From the human T2T-CHM13v2.0 reference genome, Homo sapiens: a stretch of 64,000 nt of DNA. This document shows, in pieces, positions 28,309 to 41,023 of this stretch (position 1 is the first letter of the stretch; the number at the start of each line of letters is the position of its first letter). The notes below the pieces were generated by a model that was not told where the DNA came from, did no database searches, and saw only the letters and a list, made by a program, of their open reading frames with translations. The position numbers were made by a program, and so were the translations under genes. The DNA is taken from the NCBI RefSeq assembly GCF_009914755.1, contig NC_060926.1, one strand, 5' to 3'.

Positions 28309-29354
28309 AATTTGCTAAAGCTATAAAGTACGTCACACCTTCTGCTAAAAAAAATCTTTAAAATTGTTACTTTCCCAAGGAACTCTCTGTCCTGTCAAAG
28401 CTTTTCTCTGTGGTCCAGTGCTCAGCTGCCATTGGACTCAGATCCAAACAAGTTTAGGGAAAGAGACAGTACACTGACCTTTGTTTCCTGTTTCCTTCCA
28501 ACTCTAGAGCAAGTTCTATTTCAGCTCCACCATCAACAAATAGCTCTGAAAACCAAATAGACCACACTGTTGGAAGTCAGAGAGAGTGAGGTCAAAGAGA
28601 AGTCCCAAAAGAGGGAATATAACATCTTCTCATTTCCTTGGTGGAAATTTCCAGCCTTCACACTCATCCATCAGGATATCCTCCTTCTCTGCTCTTATCA
28701 CTCAAATGTTTCATCTGTTCCAGTGTCCACCTGAAGATGACACAGCTGTATCAGGCTGGATGATCTTTTATGTTGTGTCTGCATTCATTGCTTTCTCTAT
28801 TTCCTTTCCTTTGTGATATTTTCAGCATTAGGAAGTTTCACTCACTTTGACCATTGTTTTCATACATTTGGGTTTTAGACACAGGATTGTTTAATTTGAA
28901 TCCAAAAGGATGGACAGGAAGGAAAGCAGACAGCAGAGATATCATTCACTTCCTAACTGAAATCATAACATTCTACTTTCATGACTTTGTCACACTACAG
29001 AAAAATGCAGGGCATTCATTTGAAGAAATGTAAACAGTAAGACTGTGACATGTTCTCTTATTCAGGGTCTTCATTCAAAAGGTGAAGACTAAACTTGTTT
29101 TTGGAGGAGATTTTTGACTTTTCTGATTGCACATTCTCCTAATAAAGGCCAGATTTGGCTCAAAGTGAATGTGCAATTTCCTAGCACTAAAATTCTTTCA
29201 TGAGTTGCTTAAGTATTAATAGAAATCACTCATTGCACTTTTTTGATAATAGGTCTGCAGAAATTAAGCTGCCTGATTGATGCTTCAACATTGCTACTGA
29301 AACTTTTGTATGTGTGTGTCTTGGATTTTGTTTTATTTCCTTTTTGTGCAAAAG

Positions 29355-29580
29355 CTCTGGTGCTAAACAGATCTGGTTATGAATATTGGCTTGGCCATGT
29401 ACCAAATGCATAGCTTTGGGCACCATAATGAGCTTTCCTAAGTCATGGCTTCCTCACTACTACGTTGGGGATAAATAAATGTATGTTGTTTAATGACTAA
29501 ATGAGAAGAATATACATTAAGTGCTTAACCCAATGCAAACCACATAATAAGCATTCATTTAAGATAGTTGCTATTCTAAT
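29355..29580 (+). mobile_element. MIR SINE
   Basis: gctctggtgctaaacagatctggttatgaat...actaaatgagaag...aagtgcttaac. Confidence 0.65.
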
Positions 29581-29794
29581 TAGTGTCTGTTGGTGTTGGG
29601 TTTTCTAGACTTTACATATTCCTTAGATGACTGCAATATACATGTAATGGAGTCTGAAATCCAGGCATCCATAGCTATTTTAATTATCATGTCAATAATT
29701 TCTATGATTTGTGTTTCTTTAATATGCTATACAACTTTTTAAGAATAATCTCAGAATATTATATAAATTATTAAATTTGTATATATATACTGTA

Positions 29795-30251
29795 TATGAT
29801 GATGTCCTGACATCTTAAAAAACTTTTCAGTCTGGGAAAATACTAGACAATACCTAGGGATGACAAGAGGCCCAGCCTCTGGCCCACACACCCTAAGAAG
29901 CAATACTCCTCTGCCTTCATCATTCCAAACCAAGGCAACAGGCAACTAAAGACCACCCCTTTAGCTTAGAGCCCTGAGAATTATTTAAACCAGACAGTCC
30001 TAAACTGTTAACTCTACCCTGTCTTCCTTTGCTGAGGAAAACGCAGTAAAGACTGTGGTGTAAGCGCTCCCCTCATTCCTGACTGCTGCCTCCTGACCAC
30101 ACTGGTGCTTTCCCCAGTGCCCTTGAGCAACATGCAGTGACCCTCAATCTGGGACCCGTGAGTGTTCAAATTTCTTCCTTCCAAGCCTCATTTTTGTTTC
30201 TCCTGTGGGTGTGCTGACCATACTGTATCCCACATTTACAGTCTTAAAACA
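29795..30251 (+). mobile_element. ERVL LTR (MER74/MER73-like)
   Basis: cagtaaagactgtgg...ctgcctcctgacc...ctggtgctttcccc...tgggacccgtgagt resembles this LTR group; subfamily uncertain. Confidence 0.55.
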
Positions 30252-30949
30252 TGTAGCATGCAATAATTTCTCCCAAAGTCAAAAATCATTCTATAGTGTC
30301 ATATCGCCTATAGAAGGGCTGAAGTCAACAGCTTATGTCTGTCCTGGTGCTGGTGGTCCCTGAGGCACATTGCCTGCTTCAGCATCTACCATCCAGCCTC
30401 AGGTCCAAGAGGAGAAAGGCTTGCCTGAAGCCTACAGCTTCCTTGGCGCCATGTCCTCTGTGGTGCCCCTGCAACAAGGATTCTTATATGCTCATCACTA
30501 CTGGCTTGTTTTGAGTTCAGCTACCTATTCAGAAGCACCAAAATAGGAGAAGAAAAACAATGTGATTTTATGACTTCCTGACTACCTTGAGGTGTCCTAA
30601 AAAATGGTTAGTAAAGAAAACTACTGACATAAAAGCCCATCATGCCATATTAGGAATTGAGTGAAGTAGGGTTCCTTCAGGGGGCATGATGAGAAAGTTG
30701 GGTGGGTAGTACTTTGGTGATATTAGGGCTTATATTGGGAGGACACGAGGAATGGAAAGGATAAAAGGCAGAGTGCATGCTTCTCAAACTGCTGTGAGAC
30801 AGCACAAAATTATGTGCATAATGGGTTCTAATTATACACTTACTGGATTAATTGATAAAATATTTCCCAAATATCCCAAAATTTCACAGTTCAGAAGTTT
30901 GCCATGTCTACTCTAGGTCCAGCATTTCTTACTAGTGGTTATATTCTTC

Positions 30950-31402
30950 AGTCATACTCAGCTCATTAAAAGCAGGGTGATTTCTTGGGCTTTGTGGGGA
31001 GGGAGCAGAATGAAAGGTTTAAAATGTGAGAGAAGGTTGATACAAGGGAGGCTTTTTATGTATGAGGCGGAGGAGGTGCTTGGAAAGATCTGAGAGCAGC
31101 CTCTAGGAGCTCAGAGTGACCTGTACCCAGTAGCCAACAAGAAGACAAGTAACCCGTGCTACCACCACAGGGAACAGGATTCAGTCAGCAACCTTAGTAA
31201 ATGTTAAAGCAGTGTTTTCCTCACAGCTTTTAGATAGCAGCCCAGCCTAGTTAACACATCAGCCTCAATCTGTGAGACACTGAGAATCCAGCTGAGCCTG
31301 GGGAGACTATAGACCTAAATAACTCAGAGACAATACGTGGCTATTGTTTTAAGCAGCTAAGTTGGTGGTAATTTGCTATGTAGCAAGAAAAAAAACTAAT
31401 AA
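30950..31402 (+). mobile_element. MaLR LTR (older MLT1 subfamily)
   Basis: gcagcctctaggagct...ttgttttaagcagctaagttggtggtaatttgctatgtagcaa...actaata 3' end. Confidence 0.75.
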
Positions 31403-31519
31403 AAGGGGTTATCAAAAATTAGTGAGCATGTATTAAAACTACCACTGTAGTTAATTTTAGTGAAGATACTTTGAGGTTATGCAAATATTTTATTTCTCCA
31501 TTTCTAATCTCCATGACTT

Positions 31520-33170
31520 TTTTAAATTTTATTTTGTTTTTTGTATTTATATTATTGTACCTCATGGATTTCCAGTGTGATGCTGAATAAAAGTGATGAG
31601 AGAGAACACATTTGTCTTCTTCCTGATCTTAGGGATAAAGCATTCATTCATTCTCACCAGTAAGTATACTGTCAGCCATAGACTTTGTGTAGATGCCTTT
31701 TATTAGATTAAAGTAATTCTCTTCAATTCCTAGTTTGTTGAGAGTTTTTATCATGACTGGATGTTGCATTTTGTGGAGTGCTTTTTTTAATTCTTTGTCT
31801 ATTGAGATAAACACATGCTTTTGCTTTCTTAGTCTTTTATATAGTGAATCCCATTGATTTATTTTTGAGTGTTGAACCAGCCTTGAATTCCTATAATTAA
31901 TTCCCACTTCAAGATGTAGTTTCCTTTCAAAAGTATTGTTAGATTTAATTTTCTATCTTTTTTATTATCTTGACTCTATATGAGAGATATTTTTCTATTG
32001 CATTGTTTCCTTGTAATGCTTTTTTTTAGTTTTTTTATTAGGGTAATCCTGGACTTATTAAATGAACAGAGAATTCTTTTTGCTTTTATATTGGGGAAGA
32101 AGTTGTGTATAATGACAGTAGTATTTCCTTAAATGTTTATTAGAATTTGCCAGTGAAATGTTCTAGGCCGAGTTGGTGAATGATCCATCTACTCTTGAAA
32201 GGAAAATGTATTCTATTGTTTTAGGTGCCACTATTTTTGGTTTGATTTCACTCAGTGTGCCATGTACTTTAAATTTCTCTAGAGACAATTTGTGTCTAGG
32301 ATGGGGATGGTTAAACAGAACATCTATATGATTCTGAGATATAGTTCTTATTTGTGTGTCTTAGGCTCTCTTTGCAAGCTCTTCTTCCTCTTTAATCTTT
32401 CTCTAGCAGTATTCTTCCATTACTTGTTATTCCAAGCATCTTAGCTTAGTGGTGATGAGGTGTGATTTCTATTGTTCTAATTAAAGCTTGGTCTTAGGTT
32501 TGTCCCAAGTTGCTGGGTCTTAGCACTGTAGCCCTCTCTGTCCTCTGCCCTTGCCCTGTTCAGTTGGGGATCAGCACATTAACTCTATTCCACCCCAGGG
32601 ACAGGATTCCCCCTACACACTTTTTTTCTTCCTTCAGCTGCATTGCGGGCTGTGCTGTAAGGCCATAGTATTGTCCTTCTCCCTCAGATAATGGCTTCTA
32701 TTTCATAGTGGGGATATAGGGGAAGCATCCTTCCTGTGTGGCCACTGTTCCTGTCACTCAGGTCTGCACCATGATAGACTCTTCTTAGGGTTCTTTTTGA
32801 TCTTTTCAGTGAGCACCTGGGGAATCCATGCAGAACAGTCTGAAAATATTGTGAACTCACCTAATTTCTGTGACCCCCACCGCCCGCCACACAGAGAAGT
32901 TTACTCTTTCCCACCAACCTGCACTCGGCCTATGCTAGGTTGTCAGCTATTCTAGCAGAACTCTTATTATTGACTTTCGATTGTATCTGTCCCAGGTGAA
33001 TACATGTTCACACCTTCTCTCTCCCTGCAGGCACCATCTCTCCTTACATATTGTGTCAGATCTCTGCTATGTGATGGGTTTGGAAAATGCCATGAATTTG
33101 AAGTTAGCATGGCCTTTTTTCATTGCTTGAATGCTGCTTTTTCCAGCTCTCTATATCCTTGGGCTAAGGT
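31520..33170 (-). mobile_element. Old L1M fragments (ORF2 RT region plus 5' region)
   Basis: ORF 31644..31907 (HKMQHPVMIKTLNKLGIEENYFNLIKGIY) matches the L1 ORF2 RT motif DKIQHPFMIKTLNKLGIEG; distal boundary approximate. Confidence 0.75.
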
Positions 33171-33479
33171 TGAAGGCAATTGCAATTCACTGACACCATG
33201 TTTTAAGATTAATTGTTAGCTTTTATTCATTTCTTCATCTATTCATGTATTTAAACACTGATGAAGCAATTTTATTCTATTTGTATTTATGTCCCTACCA
33301 CTTGTTCTAGGAACATAAATGCAAATGGAATAAGACTGTTTTCTCATGAACCTCACTGTCTGTGGGGAAAAGAGACGGCCTAAAGAGCAAGCAGTTATCC
33401 TAGAATGAGATCCGAGGAATGTGCACTGACGGGGCTTATGGGACTGGGAGCAGGGTAGTGTTGGTGCTCTTCAAAATGA

Positions 33480-33837
<358 letters not shown>

Positions 33838-36139
33838 TAAGCAAAGGGAACAGAATATGCAAAGCACAAATCATGAAACAAGCACAAACTTGAAATTTTA
33901 AGTGAGATGGTCTTTCTGAATCGTAGGATATACATTTCTATAGAAGATAGCTTTGGTTGAAGGAAATATTATACTGCTATAATATTTCAGGCTATCAAAA
34001 ACTGTACTTTTTTTCTTTTTACTAAGCTTTTTGTACAAAGCCCACAATTCTCTAGAAATCTCACCTTTATCCCATCCATTCTCCATTCAACTGACACTTT
34101 TCCCAAGTGCACAAAAACCATCTAAGTTTGCCCTTTTGCCACCATTAAATAGCTATGCACATTTATCTATTTTGTCTCTGCCTTAATATGCCCATCTGTC
34201 AGTTGAGATAACAGTTCTTTCCCTGGTTCCCACACAGGAATGGAGTGAAGACATTGTAAGACCAAGGACAAGAACACACTGTTACAAACAAAAAGACACC
34301 CTTAAAATGTGACACGAACAGGTTTTATCCCTGCCAAGAAATATTTTCTGAATTCCTAGATTGATTAAATGGTCCTTCTCTGTGCTCTCATAATATCCTT
34401 ACTTACATCTGTTTTATCACTTACAATATTTTATTGAAATTATCTGTTCATGTGCGTATTTCCTCCAGTAGACAATAAACTCCTTAACTCCAGGAACCAC
34501 AGCGTATTTATCTTCATACCTCTCACCCTTAAGTTCATATTACATACCTGGTTTGTGAACAGACATTCATCAATAAAAAAAGTTGTGTCTCTCCAGAAGC
34601 TGGCTCAGTTTCTTGGTGCCTCCCTGTGGCCTGTACCACTTTGTATTATGTATGAGGAGAATGAGTCAGGCTCCCTGGTGGCCCCTCTGGGCAGCACAAT
34701 GCTGCCTGTTCCTGTAAAGATATCACCCATAAAATCTGTGCAGGTAAGGAAAACTTTATCTCTCCTCCAAAATGACTCTGATATTTCTGAAACCGAAGCT
34801 TCTCATCTCCTGAAAAGAAATTGGGTGAAATAAAAATAAAACCATAAAATGGCAGAGCTTCAAGGGTCTTTAGAGATTGGTAGTAAATTGTGTTCTGAAA
34901 ATAGTTGTTGCCAGGAGGCAGAAGAAGGCTATGAGAGAAGTAGAAGTGATAACTTGCTGTGGACAGGGTGTGAAAGAGGAGGATCCAGTCCTCTCATCTT
35001 TTAGTTTTTCCCCATTTTGCCAATGGTCAACTTTAGTCCCTTCTGTCCTTTAAACCTGAGAATAAAATATTCCTAGTCAGGGTGTAACTGGGAACTTTCA
35101 GCATTGCTAGAGTTCAGTAAGAGGAAATTTCCTCAAAAGACTACCCGCCTAGGACCACAGGCATAAGAATTAAGTACTTATTTGGATGCTAAAGACCTGC
35201 TTTAACTTACTTCATGTCAAGGGTATATGTGTGTTCTATAAACAATGAAAGGCTGCTTCAGGATAAGAGAGAGTATCAGTGATGGTGACTGAAAGAGCTC
35301 AGGGGTTCCCCTCTTCCTTCTGTGGGTTACTCCATAGACCCTGGATGCCTCAGGACACAGTTGGCTGGGATTCTGGAGACAGATCTGGAGAGTTCAGTTG
35401 TGAGACTGAGTACACTTTTTATGCCCCAATATTTAACACTTAACTACAGCAAGGGCACCGTAGGCCTCCCTCCTTACTCCAGAGCTGTGACACAGGAAAG
35501 CGGCACACCCCAGGGGTCACAGCAGAATTCCAGGAGGCCTCCAAGTGCTTGGCAGGATGCCCAGCATGCATTTCTTTCAACCAGAGAGAGAAGACAGATC
35601 TTTGTGGGAACAAGATTCAGAAACTCGGGAATACGTTGGAACTAGGCCAAATGCTGAATCCTGAAAGAAAAAGAGAAACTCCAGGCATTGGACGGATGTC
35701 CCTGGCTGGAACAATTGAGTTACATATATACATGTGTGTCTATATATACTCACATGTGTTTATGTATATGCACATATATTTATTTAATATTTCATAATTT
35801 GTAATGTTCAGACATATAACAGTTACACTCCAGGAGGTGGATTCAAACAAAGTCTTCAGGAATCTGAAAATTTTGCCCAACGATCTTTAAACTCTGTCGT
35901 TGGACGTTAAAACTGGAAGAAAACTTAAAAATGAACCCTGGCCTTCCGCTCCTTTTTTGTGGATGAGAAGAATAAAGCCTGGGGAAATGATGCGACTTAC
36001 TCGGCATCATATGGGGAGAACTACTGGGAGTTTTTCCTAAATTCAGGGCAGAGAAAGTCTTACACTTCTTCTCACTTCATTTCTCTGTGTGAGCCCCTCT
36101 GGGTCTTATCACTGAAGGCCCTTGTAGCCTAGCCTGTGT

Positions 36140-36320
36140 GTGTAAGGTCTTACTCACACAAGATCTCTACTTTCGTGGAAAGGTAGGACAACTGTTCATT
36201 TCTGCATGTGTCACAGGAGGAAGCTGGAGTTTAGAGAGGTTAAGTGATGCACCCAAGATCCTCTTAAGAAATGGAGGACACTGACTTAAACCAAAGACCA
36301 TCTGCCTCTCAGTCCATTAT
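36140..36320 (-). mobile_element. MIR SINE remnant
   Basis: cacaggaggaagctggagtttagagaggttaagtgatgcacccaagatc. Confidence 0.65.
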
Positions 36321-37759
36321 AGCCTCTCAAGGGGAAAGAAAACCAATTTTAATAGTGTTAGTAAGCCATGAGTGTGACTGCCTAGGATTCTTGCCAGGTT
36401 CCTACTACAGTCCCTGCAATTTGACATCCTTGATTCCTTAGCATGGTGCAGACATCATCGGCACCCTCTGTGTGCTTTTATTCTTGCTGGTCGCTCTTCA
36501 GGGCATCTCCTTTCTTCCCATCCATGCATCCCAGCTTGTAGGCTTCTGGGTTAAGACTTGACAAACCCCTCTTCTTTCTTGGAAGAGAAATTGCTTTGTC
36601 TTCAAGATTATTTTAGAAGCTTGTGTGTACCTCTGTTTCAGCATGTATAAGCTAGGCATGCTGGAATCACCTGCTCCTCTTGACTAAGGTGGGAATGTGT
36701 GCAGATCTTCATGCATGCTCTGCATAAGGCCTGGCACATCAAAGGTATTCAATAGACATTTGATGAGCAAATATAACATGAATATTATCCCAGGAATATT
36801 AGTTCTTTCGAGTCTAAAAAACACTAACTACATAGTATCTTGCACAGAGTGAATGTTCCCAGAATGTTTCATCAACCTTGACCAGCGTCCTCTTTCTTAT
36901 TGCATTGTCCTCAGCAAGTGACATCTGTCTTCCCAGGTGGCTGTCATCCTGGTCATGTGTCAGTCTGCTCCTCCACTGGCCATAATGACTGAGAACATCA
37001 GAGGGGAAAATATTTTGATGGAAAATGTTTCAAATGAGTATGAATAGAAAAGCATTTCAAGAAGAAATCAAAACAGAGATTGGAAACTCTGGTATCTCCA
37101 GAGCTCACCTAAAGGTCCTTTTACGAAGAAAACCCTGAGACCATACTTGATGTGTTTGGCAAGGGTCTGAACAGATAGAGAACCATGACTTTAGGCTATT
37201 TCTGTTGGTTTTTGTGATCATGTTCACAAGCAAAGCTATAAATCTTACAACATAGAACAATCTGTGGTTTGAGTGAAAGCTGAAGGCTGGAGGTGGAGAG
37301 ATCTTTCTTCCAGCTCCACTTAATGGTCCAAGACTCAGCTGCCCTTTGATCTTGGAGTGGAGATTTGGCTTTCAGAGAGAGTACACAGGTGGCAATATGT
37401 AAACAAAATAACACCCCAGGGCCTTCGTCAGGCCTTTGGAAAACAAAGTGGAAACATGGTTGGCTCCTAAGCTGACTGGACATTAAAAGAGTCTGACACA
37501 TAGTGAATTCTTCACACCCTCAGCCATTCACATGGACCTATGACAAGTTGATGCACTTCCAAAGGGTTCACTGGCTTTTCCCTTGCCTAACCCCAAACCA
37601 CGCTTATTTTTGCACACGAGGTTTTAGTAACAAAATAGAAAATGTGCATCTCTGCCCTGGGTTTATCGCTGAGCCCTTCCTGAACATTCTCAAGATCCAT
37701 CCCAGAGTGAGTTCTATGGGATCAATGTGGGAAGAGATTAAAAAAAAAAAAAAGTGGTT

Positions 37760-37923
37760 CTTTCCTTCCTTCCTCCCCTTCCCTTTCCCCTTCCCCTTCC
37801 CTCCTTCCTTCCCTCTCTCCCTCCCTCCCTGCTTGCTTGCTTGCTTTCTCTCTCTCTCTTTTTTCTCTGTCTCTCTCCCTTCCTTCCTTCTTTTTTTCTC
37901 TCTTTCCTTTCTTTCCTTTTTCT
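37760..37923. repeat. Polypyrimidine/polypurine low-complexity tract
   Basis: (TTCC)/(CCCCTT)/(CT)/(CTTT) runs. Confidence 0.95.
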
Positions 37924-38119
37924 TAGTAGAAAACAAGAACACAAGAAAGGAGTGGGTTTGGGCACTCTTGAATTATTTCTCCATTTTACCCTCATGGAGG
38001 GACTAAAGCTGGTACTGTTTCTTGAGAACCTGTCCTGTCTCTGGCCCCATGCCCACCGACTTTCCTGGAACCTCTACCTGGGTCTCCGAGGGCCTGGCAG
38101 CAGCTGAAAGGGAGAGCTC

Positions 38120-38950
38120 TGTGCAGAGCAAAGGCAGGCTTTATTAAGACATTGGTTCAGATGGGGCCAAGCAGTCAGAGGCAGAGGAGGGACTGTCTCA
38201 TTCACTCACCTCCGGACCAGAAGCCTCTCTTGTACTCAGGGACTGACTCATTCCTTGTCTCACGCCTGTTCTCTTATGAATTCCTCCAGAGCAAGAAACA
38301 GTATTTGTGTATTTTGAGAAGTCAAGGGCCAGTGTTAAATGTTCCTACCTCTGAGAGAAAGCACATTGCCTTCCTCATTGTCGTGCTGGGAAGAAACCCC
38401 AGCTCTTCCGTGTGTTCAAGACTCCAACCAGGCCTCCTCGGTGCCAGGTTCTCATCCGCGCCGCACCCCTGAGAACAAGCAGCAAGACTCAGCTGCAGTT
38501 AATTTTCATTTGCTGTTTGTATATAAATGCTTTTAGTACTTAAACTAAATTCAGATCAATTAAACTAATGTTGTTTGACATAATATTCCTTGTTCCAAAA
38601 TCAATATCCCTTCATTTGACAGACTTATTCTTGAATTCAGGATGTTTATTGTTCTTAAAGCTTACCTATAGACCTGGTTTTTGTCTTTAATGATATAAAA
38701 CAGTTCTTCTTCACATACTGTACGCCAGCATGTAATGGGGCTCAAATTTCTCTGGTAAATATCTTTAATTGTACCATCATGCCTTTTAATCTCAGCAGTA
38801 CATGACCACTCTTTCTCTGTCTCCATTTGTCTCCTTAGTTTTAAATACATTCCTTTAGTGGTGTCTGTTTAGAAAGAACTGGGGTGAAGGAAAGAGCCAG
38901 GCTGAGATTTGCAGTCCGGAGCTCCCTCTTTCCAAAGAGCAGGGCCAACA
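38120..38950 (-). ncRNA. Candidate two-exon transcript (lncRNA or small-ORF gene), unverified
   Basis: TATA-like TTAAATA at ~38969-38975; donor TAG|GTAAGC after 38666; acceptor tcttgctgcttgttctcag| before 38468; AATAAA at 38145-38140. Motif-based only. Confidence 0.3.
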
Positions 38951-39295
38951 GAGCTCTCCCAGCCTGGCTATTTAACTATGGCCACTTATTCTTCGCCAGA
39001 TCCCCAACTCCCCCTCTGACCCAACCCAGTCCTCATAAAGTAACATGCAGCTACTAAAACGCACCATGTTTTCTCACTGGTCTTTCCCCTATGCCCTGCA
39101 GCTCTTCTTCACCCTGCTTTTGGCTCTTATAAATCTTTTTCTGTTTTCCCTGGCCTTTGTCCAGAGACAGGCCTTGCTTGGCTTTGGGGAGAGAAGCCTG
39201 AGGGTCATTTATCACTTGAACAGTGGGAATGGGGGATTGAGCGGTAGTTTTTTTGCTGTCACCATGGCAAAGGTCTGTGCACAGTTACCTAATTG

Positions 39296-39355
39296 GAAGA
39301 AGCTGGCCCCAGTTCCTATAATTGCCCCACCTTGATAACTGTCCAGCTCAGACTT
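39296..39355 (+). repeat. ~60-bp module duplicated at 40881-40942
   Basis: 5 substitutions plus a 2-nt indel between the copies. Confidence 0.9.
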
Positions 39356-39679
39356 GCTCACTTCATGATGAAGGAAAGAATCTGTGCAGAGGAAGGACCC
39401 TCTCGGCGATAAAACAGGAATGGTTTGCAATGTTTTTCTTTTTTTTTTCCAGGCAAATATATTCTTTAAATTAATAGATATTGAAACTATAGAAGCTGGC
39501 ATTTGTGAGAGCTTTAATCAGCCTCTGAAATATACCCGACTTTGCTCTGTGACCAGCCTTCAGACAAGATGAAGCCTCATGAAACCTGAGCTGGGCTTGC
39601 TTGTCTGAGTCTTCCTACTGGAAAGGCTCCTGCAGCAAAGTGTGCCCAGACCCTAGAAAGGGAGCTGCTCTGCCCCACT

Positions 39680-39815
39680 GCGCGCGCGTGCACACACACA
39701 CACACCCCATGCAGGCACACACACATGCACACATACACATGCCCCACATACACATGCATGCACACACTACACGTGCATACAGATGTACACACATATGCAC
39801 AGATACATACATACA
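39680..39815. repeat. (CG)n(CA)n alternating purine-pyrimidine tract
   Basis: gcgcgcgcgtgcacacacacacacac followed by degenerate CA/TA repeats. Confidence 0.9.
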
Positions 39816-40880
39816 TGCTTTTTTTTCTATAGTATTTTTCAAAGGAGCATAGTTTGAGATCACAGAGATTTGGTTGAACTCAGGAGTCTAATTTTATTGG
39901 TGAGGTTCCAGGGGGGAAAGCAAGTGAGAAAATAAATGGTTTATGCTACTGCATTTTGTTTTCTGTCAACCATGGACACAGCTTAACTTTCATTCTGCAC
40001 AAAAAAATGTGACTTCATTCTCCTGGGGATTGGTATCTCTCTCTATTCTCTTGGGCCTTGTTTCTCTACTCTCACATTTGTTCTTTCTTCTCATTTTCTT
40101 TTCTTTCTTTTAATCCCTGTGCTCTCAACTTGTCTGCTGTATCCCATCTGGAATAATATCCTGTGTGTTCTGAACATGGATACAATAAATCGTTCATAAT
40201 TGTACGCTGGATGCAAGGGCACTGATTAATAAACACTGCAGGGAAGAGCTTTCCGATAGTGCCTCTCTTCAGTGAGCCATGTTTCTTCCCATGGGATACC
40301 TTTGATCGTTTCTTTGGTGGCTGCACCTGGCTGCATTTTATTTCCATTCCTCCAGATTTGCATTCCCTTTAACTGATTGCCTTGCCCTCATTTGATGAGT
40401 CCTGTTTCTGTGGTGATTTATCCTGGTCCTGAGAGGAGGCAGTGCCTTGTCCCATTCTGGAGAGAAATTTCTGAAGGCCCTTTGGCCTCTCCCTCAGCTC
40501 CACCCTGAGGAGACTCTCAGCAGAGGCCAGGGTAGGAGGCCCTGGGTCTAGTCAAGGAAGGTAGTGAGGGCACCTGGCTGTTACCGTCATGACCTAGGAA
40601 AGATCAGGAAGAGGAAAGCCTGTGCAGAGGTTGGTCTAGAGATGTCCCTCATCTACCACTGCAGGAAGGAGAGCCAGGGCCTGTTGCCATCCTGATACCT
40701 CACAGATGGTCAGTGATTGCATCTGTGTAATTCTCAACACTGCACATAAGCAAATATTTAGTGTTTTTAAAATGTTATTTAACCTCCATCATTTCCATGT
40801 AAGATAGGAAGGGCTGAGATTGTCGTACCTATTTCACGGATGAGGAAAGTGAACCCCGGAATAGTGACTTTTGCAAGAAA

Positions 40881-41023
40881 GAAGAATCTGGCCCCAGTTT
40901 CCATACTTACCCCACCTTGATAACTGTGCCCAGCTCAGACTTACGGGAACTGTGCTCATCTCAGAATGATGGGACTGGGGCCAGGTGGCACAGTTATCAA
41001 GGTTGGGGCAGTTATGATTCTTC
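40881..41023. repeat. Direct copy of the 39.3-kb module plus two inverted sub-fragments
   Basis: 40914-40930 pairs perfectly with 40987-41003; 40888-40904 pairs with 40969-40984; 40881-40888 pairs with 41016-41023. Confidence 0.88.

Noticed and set aside
37503-38107. Overlapping 85-167 aa ORFs
   Set aside because: They stay open only because the polypyrimidine/polypurine tract lacks stop codons.
38966-38978. MEF2 site at the candidate promoter
   Set aside because: ggctatttaact does not fit YTA(A/T)4TAR; kept only as TATA-like.
40072-40347. 91-aa minus-strand ORF in unique sequence (also 4770, 9432, 34450, 35322)
   Set aside because: No recognisable domain or supporting exon structure; lengths are compatible with chance.
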